From assembly GCA_024239035.1 (NCBI GenBank), contig JANBVK010000001.1, positions 506,202 through 570,201 on the forward strand: a stretch of DNA of 64,000 nucleotides, in the 5' to 3' direction. This stretch comes from Patescibacteria group bacterium (GTDB lineage Bacteria; Patescibacteriota; Minisyncoccia; UBA6257; GWB1-50-10). The position numbers were made by a program, and so were the translations under genes. The notes beneath the pieces were generated by a model that searched no databases, had not been told where the DNA came from, and was given only the letters and a program-made list of their open reading frames with translations. Shown here piece after piece: positions 1 to 9,945 of this stretch (within the stretch, counting starts at the first letter, position 1; the number at the start of each line of letters is the position of its first letter).

Positions 1-324
1 CGCGGGCTTTTGGGATCAGGCGGTGAATCCGAGTTATCAACATTAATCCTCCCGTTTTTAGATGTTATAATACAAGAAGTGAAATACGCTCGCGATTCTT
101 ATGAGCGCCGTTATTCAAAAAAAGTTGAGAAGTTAATTCTTGTCGGTGGCGGCGCTAATTTACTGGGCATTGAGAAATATTTTGGAAACCAGATGGATTT
201 GGTCATCACTGCTCCGCCGACGTTTGCCAATCTTGAATATAACCCCGAGCTTGAACCAGCGGTTAAAGGTCTAGCGCGGCAGCTGCCCGTCGCTCTTGGA
301 TTAGCGAAGAAATATTTCACGTAA
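1..324 (+). CDS. pilM: Type IV pilus assembly protein PilM, C-terminal fragment (5' end lies outside the window)
   Basis: ORF runs in from the window edge. C-terminal actin-like ATPase segment (LILVGGGANLLGIEKYFG). Directly followed by pilN/pilO-like genes. Confidence 0.55.
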   Translation, partial: RGLLGSGGESELSTLILPFLDVIIQEVKYARDSYERRYSKKVEKLILVGGGANLLGIEKYFGNQMDLVITAPPTFANLEYNPELEPAVKGLARQLPVALGLAKKYFT

Positions 325-540
325 AGGGCTTTGTATAAATTTTAGAGCTAACAGTGATGAAAATTTATGACTTCGACTGAGCTCAGCCGAATGTCCTACA
401 AAATCTTTATCCCCTCCTTTTCGCGCTTGCGCAAAAGAAGGGGGTGCACAAATTTATGATAAAATTTATTTCACCAAAGGCCCGCCCCATTAGATGTATA
501 AAGCTATCTAACGGGGTGAATAAATTTTAATAAATTTGGC
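325..540 (+). promoter_or_regulatory. Conserved pilus-gene leader module, copy A. It has an extended -10 (TGTATAAAT at 332-340) right after the pilM stop, AAAATTTAT blocks and TTTGGCATG at the start codon.
   Basis: Shares ordered sequence blocks with 1999-2210 and 7145-7280 (AGGGCTTTGTATAAATTTT, GATGAAAATTTAT, CAAAACCTTTATCC, AAATTTGGCATG). Confidence 0.5.
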
Positions 541-1128
541 ATGCCTGAAACAAAATCTCCAACAATACCAACAACCCCTCCGTCTCCGAATAATTTAAAA
601 GAACAGTTTGTATCTGAGGCTATTCCTGTTGGACTTCCTTGGCGACTGCTCATTTTTTCACTTATTCTCTTTGGTTTTTCCCTTTTTGTATTTTTTGGTC
701 TGCGTTTCGGGTACAACTCTTACATTGATACCAGAACCGGGGACCTTGATGAAAAAATTGGGAATCTAAGTGGGCAGGTCAGTCAGGAAGAGCAACAAAG
801 TTTTATTAACTTTTATTCTCAACTCGTCAATCTCAAGAAAGTTCTCGATCGCCACGATTTCACTGCCAGTATTTTCAGCTTTCTTGAAAAGAACACTCTT
901 GGGAAAATTTCTTACATTGATGCTGATTTTACCGTTCTAGACAGTTCGTTAACTTTAAAGGGAGCTGCTGCATCAAGTGAGTCACTAATCAATCAACTCA
1001 CTTTATTTGATGAATCCCTGGAAGTGGATCGGGTTGTTTTAAATCAAATGAACTCTAGTAAGGATGGAGTAACTTTTGGCGTAACGCTATTTTTCAATCC
1101 AGATTTTTTTAAGAAGCCAGCATTATAA
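541..1128 (+). CDS. pilN: PilN-like pilus assembly protein (single N-terminal TM helix)
   Basis: 195 aa. TM helix LLIFSLILFGFSLFVFF followed by a periplasmic coiled region. Sits between pilM and pilO. Confidence 0.5.
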   Translation: MPETKSPTIPTTPPSPNNLKEQFVSEAIPVGLPWRLLIFSLILFGFSLFVFFGLRFGYNSYIDTRTGDLDEKIGNLSGQVSQEEQQSFINFYSQLVNLKKVLDRHDFTASIFSFLEKNTLGKISYIDADFTVLDSSLTLKGAAASSESLINQLTLFDESLEVDRVVLNQMNSSKDGVTFGVTLFFNPDFFKKPAL

Positions 1129-1129
1129 C

Positions 1130-1699
1130 ATGAAAACATCAACCAAAAGAATTTTGAGCATCGGTTTAGCAGGACTTTTCTTTATTGGTATTCTTGTAGT
1201 CTTTGGCAGCCTTATCCGGCCGGAGATGACGAAAATCAACGAGAAGAGAGCTCTTCTAAGTTCCAAAGAAACTCTTTTTAGCAACGAGCAGGATGCCGTC
1301 AGTCAGGTAAGGGATCTTATTGGTCAATTTCAGAGTATCGTCAAGCTTCAAGAGACCGTTTCTTTAGCCCTTCCTTTAGAGGAGAACATTACTCAGATTT
1401 TAAACCAACTGCAATCTATTGCTAATTTATCTAATGTTGAGATGAGGTCTTTTTCTATAAGACCCCTTGCTTTTGAGGCGTCAAGGCAGCCTTTAGTAAA
1501 AAGGTTGGGTGTTTTGGAATTAGATATCTCTATTGATGGTCCATATGATAATATTAAAAATTTCCTAAGATCACTTGAGACGAACGTCCGGGTAGTCAAT
1601 GCAAAGAGTTTTCGTCTTGCCACCATTAGTGGTGAAGGTTCACCACCTGGCGAAGATTTTAATATGACATTAACAGTCGAGGTATACCATCAAGAATAA
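1130..1699 (+). CDS. pilO: PilO-like pilus assembly protein
   Basis: 189 aa. N-terminal TM helix then coiled coil. Operon position after pilN with a 1-nt spacer. Confidence 0.45.
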   Translation: MKTSTKRILSIGLAGLFFIGILVVFGSLIRPEMTKINEKRALLSSKETLFSNEQDAVSQVRDLIGQFQSIVKLQETVSLALPLEENITQILNQLQSIANLSNVEMRSFSIRPLAFEASRQPLVKRLGVLELDISIDGPYDNIKNFLRSLETNVRVVNAKSFRLATISGEGSPPGEDFNMTLTVEVYHQE

Positions 1700-1707
1700 C
1701 CAGCGTT

Positions 1708-1998
1708 ATGGCCATCACCATTGAACAAGAAAAAAAACCAGTTAATTGGGTCGCTATTCTTACAGCGGTTGTTATTGTCGTTGTTTTGTTTATTGGGACT
1801 TATTTCCTCTTTTTCAAAAAACCCGAGCTGATTGAAATAGTGACTCCAGGAACGCTTCAGGACGTAAGTAAAATTTCCAAACTTTCTTTTGATCCTGAGA
1901 GTGTCTTGAATTCGCCCACCTTCAAGCTTTTGAGGCAGTACGGTACGGGCGTTACGGTTCCTACTCCTGGTCGGAGTAACCCGTTTAAGCCGTTTTAA
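1708..1998 (+). CDS. Small membrane protein at the end of the pilMNO operon (PilP-like?)
   Basis: 96 aa. TM helix ILTAVVIVVVLFIGTYFLFF. Tightly coupled to pilO. Confidence 0.3.
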   Translation: MAITIEQEKKPVNWVAILTAVVIVVVLFIGTYFLFFKKPELIEIVTPGTLQDVSKISKLSFDPESVLNSPTFKLLRQYGTGVTVPTPGRSNPFKPF

Positions 1999-2210
1999 AG
2001 GGCTTTGTATAAATTTTCAAGCTAAGGGCGATAAAAATTTATGTACAAAACCTTTATCCTGAGCCAGTCGAAGGATTATAATTTAAAAGGTGACTCTTCG
2101 ACTCCGCTCAGAGTGCTCAATGTTGTAGGACATTCGGCTGAGCTCAGTCGAAGCCATAAATCTTCTTCACTGCGCATTGAACTCCGTTCGAAAATTTATA
2201 CAACATTGGC
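1999..2210 (+). promoter_or_regulatory. Conserved pilus-gene leader module, copy B, upstream of pilB
   Basis: Starts AGGGCTTTGTATAAATTTT immediately after a stop codon, as copy A does. Contains the 28-mer 2123-2150, which is the exact reverse complement of 374-401. Confidence 0.5.
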
Positions 2211-3944
2211 ATGACAGATCAAGCTTTATTTAAAGAACTAGTTGAGAAGAAAGTTTTAGATAAGTCATTAGCAGAGAAAACACTAAGAGACGCCGGTTTT
2301 ACTGGTCGTTCGGCTGAGGAGATTTTGTACGAGAAGCGACTAGTTGACGAAATTGTCACTGCGAAGGTTAAAAGTGAACTCTTAGGAGCCCCTTACAAAA
2401 AAATTGATCCAACAGCTATTCCCGACGATCTGCTTAAAATTATCCCTTACGAAACTTCAAAAACGTATCGGGTTATTCCCATTGAGAAGCAGAAGGATAT
2501 GCTTGTTGTTGGAATGCTGCGTCCGGATGACGTGAGAGCGCAAGAAGCCCTTCGCTTTATCGCCAAACGTGAGCGTTTGTCTTTAGGTGTTTTTATTATT
2601 ACCCCCTCAGACTTAACGGCTGTTTGGCGCCGCTACACACCTTACCGGAGTGAGATTGAATCCGCTGTTAAGGAACTGAGCGTGAAACCGGACGAAGAAG
2701 AGCGCCTCATTTCTCTAGAAGAAGGAACAAAGAGCGCCGAAGAAGCGCCTATCATAAAAATTGTTGCTTCAACTCTGCGGCAGGCAGTTGAGGTTTCTGC
2801 CTCAGATGTTCATATTGAACCGCAGCGTTCACGTTTGAGATTAAGGTTTAGGGTTGATGGCAAGCTTCAAGAAGTTGCTTCTCTACCTCTCTCACTCAGT
2901 AAGCCGATTGTTTCTCGGGTTAAAGTGCTCTCTCGCCTCCGACTTGATGAGACACGTATTCCCCAAGACGGACGCTTTAGAACCTTGGTTTTTGGCAGGG
3001 ATATTGATTACCGTGTCTCCACTTTCCCGACGCCCTCCGGTGAAAAGGTGGCTATCAGGGTGCTTGATCCTACTACCGGTCTTCGGGGGTTGAAAGAGAT
3101 AGGACTTAGTGATTACAATTTTAAAATTTTAGACAAAGCAATAAAAGCCCCTTATGGAATGATTTTGATCACCGGCCCTACTGGTTCGGGTAAGACAACA
3201 ACTCTTTATGCAATAATGCAGAAGATTAACAGAGAAAGTCTGAATATTGTGAGTTTAGAAGACCCGGTAGAGTATTTTATGGATGGTATTAACCAGTCTC
3301 AAGTTAGACCTAAGATCGGTTATGATTTTGCCTCCGGTCTTCGTCAAATTCTTCGTCAGGACCCGGACGTGATTATGGTTGGCGAGATTCGTGACTCCGA
3401 AACAGCTTCATTAGCAGTAAACGCCGCGCTTACCGGGCATATGATGCTGTCAACGCTGCATACGAATAATTCTGTCGGCGTCATTCCTCGTTTGGTTGAT
3501 CTTGACGTGCCGGGCTTTCTTTTGTCTTCAGCGCTAAACTTAATGTTGGCCCAGCGATTAGTTGCGCGGCTTTGTCCGGATTGCAGAGAAAAAAGTAAAG
3601 CGCCGCCGGAGGCACAAAAAGTTATAGCTCTTAACCTGGATTCGTTATCACCGGTATTGAAAAAAAATATAAAGTTCACTTCTCCCTATAATACTTATCA
3701 TACTAACCCTAAAGCTGACTGTAAGTCTTGTGGTGGTAAGGGTTTTGTTGGTCGGATAGCAATTTTTGAAATTTTCAGAATGACCCGAGAGTTGGGAGAG
3801 ATTATTAACGCCGGATTTACGGAAGGAAAACTTCGGGATGAGGCTCGTCGCCAGGGGATGGTTAATCTAAGGCAAGACGGTATTATTAAAGCACTAGAAG
3901 GAGATGTTTTATTAGAAGAAGTACTTAAAGAAACAGAGCAATAA
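2211..3944 (+). CDS. pilB: Type IV pilus assembly ATPase PilB (GspE family)
   Basis: 577 aa. Walker A ITGPTGSGKTTTLYA and a GspE N-terminal domain. C-terminal tetra-Cys (CPDC...CKSCGGKG). Confidence 0.9.
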   Translation: MTDQALFKELVEKKVLDKSLAEKTLRDAGFTGRSAEEILYEKRLVDEIVTAKVKSELLGAPYKKIDPTAIPDDLLKIIPYETSKTYRVIPIEKQKDMLVVGMLRPDDVRAQEALRFIAKRERLSLGVFIITPSDLTAVWRRYTPYRSEIESAVKELSVKPDEEERLISLEEGTKSAEEAPIIKIVASTLRQAVEVSASDVHIEPQRSRLRLRFRVDGKLQEVASLPLSLSKPIVSRVKVLSRLRLDETRIPQDGRFRTLVFGRDIDYRVSTFPTPSGEKVAIRVLDPTTGLRGLKEIGLSDYNFKILDKAIKAPYGMILITGPTGSGKTTTLYAIMQKINRESLNIVSLEDPVEYFMDGINQSQVRPKIGYDFASGLRQILRQDPDVIMVGEIRDSETASLAVNAALTGHMMLSTLHTNNSVGVIPRLVDLDVPGFLLSSALNLMLAQRLVARLCPDCREKSKAPPEAQKVIALNLDSLSPVLKKNIKFTSPYNTYHTNPKADCKSCGGKGFVGRIAIFEIFRMTRELGEIINAGFTEGKLRDEARRQGMVNLRQDGIIKALEGDVLLEEVLKETEQ

Positions 3945-3954
3945 TGAATACTCC

Positions 3955-5028
3955 ATGATGGATTACAAGAAAAAATTAGATGAGTTGTTGCTTATCACCG
4001 CTCGTCAAAACGCCTCTGATCTTCACATAGCGGTTGGTCGCCGTCCGACTATCCGGATAGATAGTGTTCTCGTTCCTCTTGCTAAGGAAACTATTCTCAC
4101 TAAGGAGGATGCCGAAGGTTTAGTGCTTACTCTTTTGACAGAGGAACAAAAAAAAGCTTTCTCTCTGAAGAAACAAGTTGATTTTTCATACAGCCTTGAA
4201 GACAAAGCCCGATTCCGGGTTAATGTTTACATGCAGCGAGCTTTTATGGCCGCCGCACTTCGTTTAATTCCAGCTCAGATTAGAACGATTGAGGAACTGA
4301 ATCTACCACCGCTTATCCACGATTTCACTAGACTTAATCAGGGATTCATTTTAGTAGTTGGGCCGGCTGGTCACGGCAAGTCTACCACCTTAGCGGCTCT
4401 TCTTGATGAAATTAACCACAAACGGACAGACCATATCATTACCGTGGAAGACCCGATTGAGTATTTATTTTCACAGGACCGGTGCATTATCTCTCAGCGA
4501 GAAGTGGGACTTGATACCCTTTCTTTTGGTGATGCTCTTCGTTCGGTTTTACGTCAGGATCCAGACGTAATTATGATTGGTGAGGTTCGGGATCCGGAGA
4601 CAATGGCAACGGCTATGACGGCGGCTGAGACTGGCCATTTAGTGTTCTCCACCATGCACACGAATTCCGCCTCTCAAACAATTGACAGAATAATTGATAG
4701 TTTCCCGCCTAGTCAGCAGGGTCAGATTATTTCACAACTCGCATCAACACTTGTTGCCGTTGTCTCCGAGCGTTTGATTCCACGTGTTGGGGGTGGCAGG
4801 ATCCCAGCTACCGAGATTATGTTGGCCAACCCCGCCATCAGAAACCTTATTCGGGAGAAGAAAATTTATCAGATTGACTTGGTTATTGAAACGAGTGTTC
4901 AGGAGGGGATGTTGTCACTAAACCGTTCGCTCGTGAATTTAATAAAGAGCAAGGAAGTTTCCTTAGAACAAGCAAAGGGTTATTCCCTAAACCCGGCCGA
5001 GCTGGGAATATTACTTGAAAGAACATGA
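3955..5028 (+). CDS. pilT: Twitching-motility retraction ATPase PilT
   Basis: 357 aa. Walker A VVGPAGHGKSTTLAAL. PilT-type length with no N-terminal GspE domain. Confidence 0.85.
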   Translation: MMDYKKKLDELLLITARQNASDLHIAVGRRPTIRIDSVLVPLAKETILTKEDAEGLVLTLLTEEQKKAFSLKKQVDFSYSLEDKARFRVNVYMQRAFMAAALRLIPAQIRTIEELNLPPLIHDFTRLNQGFILVVGPAGHGKSTTLAALLDEINHKRTDHIITVEDPIEYLFSQDRCIISQREVGLDTLSFGDALRSVLRQDPDVIMIGEVRDPETMATAMTAAETGHLVFSTMHTNSASQTIDRIIDSFPPSQQGQIISQLASTLVAVVSERLIPRVGGGRIPATEIMLANPAIRNLIREKKIYQIDLVIETSVQEGMLSLNRSLVNLIKSKEVSLEQAKGYSLNPAELGILLERT

Positions 5029-6230
5029 AATTTGGCTATAAAGCTAGAACTAAAGAAGGAGAGCTTCAAATCGGCAATGTTGAAGCAGCTAATCGTGACA
5101 GCGCGTTAAGTATCCTTTTGGGGCACGGACTTTTTGTTTTGAGTTTGGAGCTGATTTTGGAAGTTCACTGGTACGCAAGAATACTTGATTTCTTCAAGCG
5201 GGTTAAGTCGACTCATCTGATGATTTTTACCCGGCAGTTTGCTACTCTTCTTGCTTCCCAAGTACCCCTTTCAGATAGTCTAGCCAACCTTTATCGTCAG
5301 ACCAGTCACCCGCTTCTTAAAGAAACTATTGCTGATATTGCCAATGACATTGATGCTGGCTTCTCCTTATCACAGTCTCTTGAGCGACACACGAGTATTT
5401 TCTCTGAGTTTTACGTCAATATGGTAAAGTCAGCTGAGGTAACTGGCCGCCTTTCCGAGGTGCTCGACTTCTTAGCAGATTATCTGGAAAAACAAGCTGC
5501 ACTGTTTGCTAAAGTTAAAAATGCACTAATTTATCCGATTTTTGTGATTGCACTTTTTATAGTGGTAGTGATTGTTATGGTTTCCGTAGTTTTACCTCAA
5601 ATCACTCCTATCTTTTCAGAGGCAAACATTGAATTACCTATTTTTACTCAAATTTTACTTAGCCTCGGTAACTTCATTTCTCGCTGGTGGTGGGCTGTTG
5701 GTATTGTACTTTTCGTGTTTCTTCTCATGATTATTGATTATTTCCAGACCGAAGAAGGAAAAGTGGTTTTTGATGAATTGAGTTTACGGGTACCTGTAAT
5801 CGGATTGCTTTTTCGGAAGCTCTACATTGCCCGTTTTGCCGAATCAAGCCGGGTGTTAATTAAGGGAGGCCTTACCATTCCCCAAGCAATTGAAATATCA
5901 TCTCATACCATCGGTAACACCGTTTACCAAGGATTACTCCACGAAGCATCAGGTCAGATCCGAAAAGGACAACTTCTTTCTAAAACACTTGAGGCGATGC
6001 CGGAGTTCCCACCGCTTGTTTCTCAGCTCATTAGCGTGGGGGAGACAACCGGTCGTTTGGAACAGCTTTTAGAAAAGGTTAGCGATTTTTATACTCGGGA
6101 GGTGGAAGACATGGTTAATAACTTAGTTACCCTTATCCAACCTGCGTTGATGGTTGTAATTGGCGGGATGGTGGCGCTCCTTTTTGCTTCAATTCTTCTG
6201 CCGCTCTATAATCTTTCGAGAGCTTTCTAA
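5025..6230 (+). CDS. pilC: Type IV pilus inner-membrane platform protein PilC (GspF family)
   Basis: 401 aa. Two GspF repeats and TM segments. ATGA overlap with pilT. Confidence 0.85.
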   Translation: MKFGYKARTKEGELQIGNVEAANRDSALSILLGHGLFVLSLELILEVHWYARILDFFKRVKSTHLMIFTRQFATLLASQVPLSDSLANLYRQTSHPLLKETIADIANDIDAGFSLSQSLERHTSIFSEFYVNMVKSAEVTGRLSEVLDFLADYLEKQAALFAKVKNALIYPIFVIALFIVVVIVMVSVVLPQITPIFSEANIELPIFTQILLSLGNFISRWWWAVGIVLFVFLLMIIDYFQTEEGKVVFDELSLRVPVIGLLFRKLYIARFAESSRVLIKGGLTIPQAIEISSHTIGNTVYQGLLHEASGQIRKGQLLSKTLEAMPEFPPLVSQLISVGETTGRLEQLLEKVSDFYTREVEDMVNNLVTLIQPALMVVIGGMVALLFASILLPLYNLSRAF

Positions 6231-6305
6231 ATAGATGAGATTGGCAATTATGCTATAATATTTTAAGAAAAGGTCGGCGAACGATAAATAGTTAACGAAA
6301 GTAAA

Positions 6306-6683
6306 ATGTTAAATAATAAAGGATTTACCTTAATTGAAACATTAGTCGTTATAGCGATTATCGGGCTTTTAAGCTCAGTTGTAGTAATTGGTCTCGGCGG
6401 AGCAAGATCAAAAGCCAGAGACGCTCGCCGGATTGCGGATATCCGATCAATTCAGAGCGGTCTTGAGGTTGATTATACTGCAGTCGCTGGATACCCTGCC
6501 ACTATTCCGGCAAATGCCCCACAGACGGATCCGCAAGGTACGAGCTATGCTTATGAAATAGTTGGTACCGAAGGCTATCTACTGGGGATTTGTTTGGAAA
6601 ACACAGAAGGAACTACCGGTGCCGCTCCCTGCCCCGCTGCGGGTGTCAGTTGTGTTGGTAACGAGTACTGTGTTTCTCAATAA
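6306..6683 (+). CDS. Type IV pilin (prepilin N-terminal cleavage/methylation domain)
   Basis: Leader MLNNKG|FTLIETLVVIAIIGLL. C-terminal Cys-rich tail. Confidence 0.7.
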   Translation: MLNNKGFTLIETLVVIAIIGLLSSVVVIGLGGARSKARDARRIADIRSIQSGLEVDYTAVAGYPATIPANAPQTDPQGTSYAYEIVGTEGYLLGICLENTEGTTGAAPCPAAGVSCVGNEYCVSQ

Positions 6684-6703
6684 CACTCGATTATATACAC
6701 GAA

Positions 6704-7144
6704 ATGAATAATAAAGGATTCACTCTTATTGAAATGCTTGTCGTTATTGCGATTATTGGTCTTCTCTCTTCAACAATTTTGATTGGTTTGGGGAACGCGC
6801 GGACTCGGGCACGGGACGCGCGGCGTATCTCTGATTTGCGCCAAGTACAGAACGGTTTGGAAAATCATTATGTGGAGAGTAATCAAACTTACCCTCAGGA
6901 TGTCTACAATTCCATCTCCGGCCTGCCCGTTGACCCACAAGGAGGAGAGTACGGTTATGTGAGGATTAGTACCCAAAGTTATGTGCTGGGAGCGTGTCTT
7001 GAAAATGACAGATCAAGCGACATTCAGAGCTTTAGTAGTAACTATGATGTGAGTCCTATTGGCAGTCCACTTATACCGCCGCCTACTTGTAACTGCGAAG
7101 ATTCTGATTCTTACTGCGTCGCAATTGGAATAGGCGGCCGTTAA
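6704..7144 (+). CDS. Type IV pilin, second paralogue
   Basis: Leader MNNKG|FTLIEMLVVIAIIGLL. C-terminal Cys residues. Confidence 0.7.
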   Translation: MNNKGFTLIEMLVVIAIIGLLSSTILIGLGNARTRARDARRISDLRQVQNGLENHYVESNQTYPQDVYNSISGLPVDPQGGEYGYVRISTQSYVLGACLENDRSSDIQSFSSNYDVSPIGSPLIPPPTCNCEDSDSYCVAIGIGGR

Positions 7145-7280
7145 GGGGCTTGGTATAAATTTTCGAGGCCTACTCGATGAAAATTTATTTACCAAACCTT
7201 TACCCGCCTAAATTTTTGCGAAGTAAAAACTTGGGTGGGTGCTCAAATTTATAACTTCGCTTTACTCAGATAAATTTGGC
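7145..7280 (+). promoter_or_regulatory. Conserved pilus-gene leader module, copy C, upstream of pilD
   Basis: GGGGCTTGGTATAAATTTT after the stop, GATGAAAATTTAT, CCAAACCTTTACCC, and AAATTTGGCATG at the start codon. Confidence 0.45.
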
Positions 7281-8180
7281 ATGTCGTATATTTATTATTT
7301 AATCCTCTTTTTATTCGGGCTCTCGGTGGGGAGTTTTTTGAATGTCGTTGCTCTGCGGTATCAACCATCACGTAGTGTTTTTGATCCTCGAAGTTTAAGT
7401 GGACGGTCTAATTGCCCTTACTGCAGAGCGAAACTTGAGTGGTTTGAATTAATTCCAATAATCTCTTTTCTTATTCAGAAAGGGAAGTGTCGAAGGTGTG
7501 GTCACCGATTATCTTTCCAGTATCCTGTTGTTGAACTTTTATCGGGACTAATTTTCATTGCCGTCCCTTTTTATTTTCATAGATTTTACGGTGTTCTTAA
7601 TCTCTTTTCCTTTGATTCTTCGCTTCACTCTTTTTATGGGTTCCTAGTTGTTTGGGTTTTAGTATTTATTGTCTGGCTTTTAATTAGTATTATTGACAGC
7701 CGCCATTATCTTATTCCTAATGAGTTGAACGTGAGCTTGGGGATACTAGGAGTAATTATCGTTCTTATTAAAAGCTTCCCTTCCTCATGGCTTCTGCCTT
7801 TTCATAATACTTTTTTGCGGCATTATGAACTTTTGTTTTCACCTTTTCAAAACGTAATTGCAAACCATTTGTTAGGAGCTTTGTTAGGAGCTCTTTTTTT
7901 CGGGATTTTAATAGTTGTGAGTCGCGGTCGGGCAATGGGATTAGGTGATGTAAAACTTGCCTTGGCTTCTGGTTTAGTGCTTGGCTGGCCTGATATTGGT
8001 TTGGCAACGCTTTTGGCTTTTATTTTTGGTGGGGCGTGGGGTGTAATTTTACTGCTTACAAAGAAAAAGACTATGCGCGATAAAATTCCTTTTGCCCCTA
8101 TTTTTATTTTAGGTGTCGTTGTTACAGTATTTTTTGGCTTTGGAATTGTAAACGGCTACTTTAGTTTGTTTAATATTTAG
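7281..8180 (+). CDS. pilD: Prepilin peptidase PilD (A24 family)
   Basis: Polytopic membrane protein with a CPYC...CRRCGH zinc motif. The ATG at 7281 follows the conserved TTTGGCATG. The ORF track starts at an upstream GTG at 7239, which lies inside the leader. Confidence 0.8.
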   Translation: MSYIYYLILFLFGLSVGSFLNVVALRYQPSRSVFDPRSLSGRSNCPYCRAKLEWFELIPIISFLIQKGKCRRCGHRLSFQYPVVELLSGLIFIAVPFYFHRFYGVLNLFSFDSSLHSFYGFLVVWVLVFIVWLLISIIDSRHYLIPNELNVSLGILGVIIVLIKSFPSSWLLPFHNTFLRHYELLFSPFQNVIANHLLGALLGALFFGILIVVSRGRAMGLGDVKLALASGLVLGWPDIGLATLLAFIFGGAWGVILLLTKKKTMRDKIPFAPIFILGVVVTVFFGFGIVNGYFSLFNI

Positions 8181-8257
8181 CGTCCGAGCTTCGCTAGCTT
8201 TTTAGCTTCGCTAGCCTATTAGCTGTATAATAATAAGAGTGGCTATTTATTGGTCTA

Positions 8258-8860
8258 GTGAGTCAGGTTCTAATGAAGTTAATGAAGCTAATTAAGCTAA
8301 AAGCTAGTAACGGCTTTACGTTGGTTGAAATAATGGTGGTTATTGCGATCACCGTACTTCTCTCTAGTATAGCAATTACCTACAATCGTTCGGGAGAGCG
8401 GCAGATTGTCCTGTTCCGCGATCAGGCACTTGTTGTGGGACTTTTAAACAGGACGAAATCCCTTGCTATTCAAAAGTACCGTGATCCGGACATCTCAGGA
8501 GATTACTCGACCTGCGCCTTTGGCTTGCACTTTGAGTCGGGTTCGCGCGATTTTATTCTTTTTCAAGATTTCGGAGAGGGTGGCTGTAGTCTGGCTAATT
8601 ATGCATATGGCCCGACAGATCCTACCGCTACCCCCCCGCCACCACTCGAGGAACTGGAAAGTTTTTCTCTGGATTCTAAACTGGAGTTCTCTGGAATACC
8701 AATAGGCGGTTTGGACATTCTTTTTGTCCCCCCCGAGCTTACTGCGACGACTACACACGCGAGTGGATTTCCAGTGACTATTACTATTCAAACAGTGGGT
8801 GGTGGGTCTACTGTTCCCATCACCGTCTTTTCAATTGCCGGTCAGATTATCACGGATTAA
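8258..8860 (+). CDS. Minor pilin / pseudopilin (FimT/GspH-like)
   Basis: SNGFTLVEIMVVIAITVLLSSIAI prepilin motif. An extended -10 (TGTATAATA) lies upstream at about 8225. Confidence 0.55.
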   Translation: MSQVLMKLMKLIKLKASNGFTLVEIMVVIAITVLLSSIAITYNRSGERQIVLFRDQALVVGLLNRTKSLAIQKYRDPDISGDYSTCAFGLHFESGSRDFILFQDFGEGGCSLANYAYGPTDPTATPPPPLEELESFSLDSKLEFSGIPIGGLDILFVPPELTATTTHASGFPVTITIQTVGGGSTVPITVFSIAGQIITD

Positions 8861-8866
8861 AATTCA

Positions 8867-9379
8867 ATGAAATATTTTTTAAAAAATAGAGAAGGAAACT
8901 TGTTAATTGAATCCATGGTTGGAATCAGCATCGCGGTAGTGGGACTTTTAGGTATCTTGGGTTTACTCTCCCGGTCTTTAGCTATTAATAAGGACGTTGG
9001 TCAAAAATTTATTGCAACTTATCTGGCTGCGGAAGGTATTGAAGTAGTAAAGAGCTTGATTGATAAGGACTATGCAGACGGAAATGCGTGGAATACTACA
9101 GTAACGGGCGGCAGTCACGAGGTGAGTTATGATAGCACCGCGCTTACAACATTGGTTGGTAGTCCTAATACCTTACTTTTCGATTCAACCGACAGAACGT
9201 ATAGTTACGCGGGTGGCAACCCAACCCTTTTTACGAGAACTGTTGATATTGTGGAAATAGATAATAATGGCGACGGTGGGACTGATGAGATAAAAGTAAA
9301 TTCCATTGTCCAGTGGTTGGCACGGGGAGTTACCCAAGAAGTTAATCTTGAGGACCATTTTTTTGACTGGCGACCATGA
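8867..9379 (+). CDS. Minor pilin (PilV-like)
   Basis: N-terminus GNLLIESMVGISIAVVGLLGIL, a degenerate class III signal. Sits in the minor-pilin operon. Confidence 0.45.
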   Translation: MKYFLKNREGNLLIESMVGISIAVVGLLGILGLLSRSLAINKDVGQKFIATYLAAEGIEVVKSLIDKDYADGNAWNTTVTGGSHEVSYDSTALTTLVGSPNTLLFDSTDRTYSYAGGNPTLFTRTVDIVEIDNNGDGGTDEIKVNSIVQWLARGVTQEVNLEDHFFDWRP

Positions 9380-9939
9380 AGAAAGTAGAACTAAAAACTA
9401 GTCGGGGATTCACTTTAGTTGAATTAATTGTTGCTATGTCTATTTTTTTAATTGCTATTGTGATTATCGTCGGAGTATTTGTCCGCTCTTTAAGAACTCA
9501 GCGGATCGTGAACCACTTAATGGCTGTTAACAGCAATACCAGTTTGGTTATTGAGCAGATGGCGCGAGAGGTCAGGACTGGTTATGAATTTAGACTTAAC
9601 CCTGCGGGTAGTGCATGCGTTGGTGGACAGAGAGAAGAGCTGGAGTTTACAAACTCTAAAGGTAATAAGGTTTTCTATCATGAAGAAAGTGGCGCTATTG
9701 CGCGTGAGGAGTGTGCCGGAGGGGATTGTACAAGTTCAAGTTTTGAACCGCTGACGGCTTCTAATATAACGGTGGATCGTTTGTGTTTTTTAAATACCGG
9801 TAACCCGAATAATAATAGGGATCCATGGCGGATCACAATATTTTTAACGGTTGATTCATCCAATCCTCAGCTCGCGGGCAATATTATTAATTTTCAGACT
9901 ACGGTGGGTGCAAGAATTTTACCCGAAGATCTGGAGTAG
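9376..9939 (+). CDS. Minor pilin (PilW-like)
   Basis: SRGFTLVELIVAMSIFLIAIVII motif. ATGA overlap with the upstream gene. Confidence 0.55.
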   Translation: MKKVELKTSRGFTLVELIVAMSIFLIAIVIIVGVFVRSLRTQRIVNHLMAVNSNTSLVIEQMAREVRTGYEFRLNPAGSACVGGQREELEFTNSKGNKVFYHEESGAIAREECAGGDCTSSSFEPLTASNITVDRLCFLNTGNPNNNRDPWRITIFLTVDSSNPQLAGNIINFQTTVGARILPEDLE

Positions 9940-9945
9940 AGTAGT

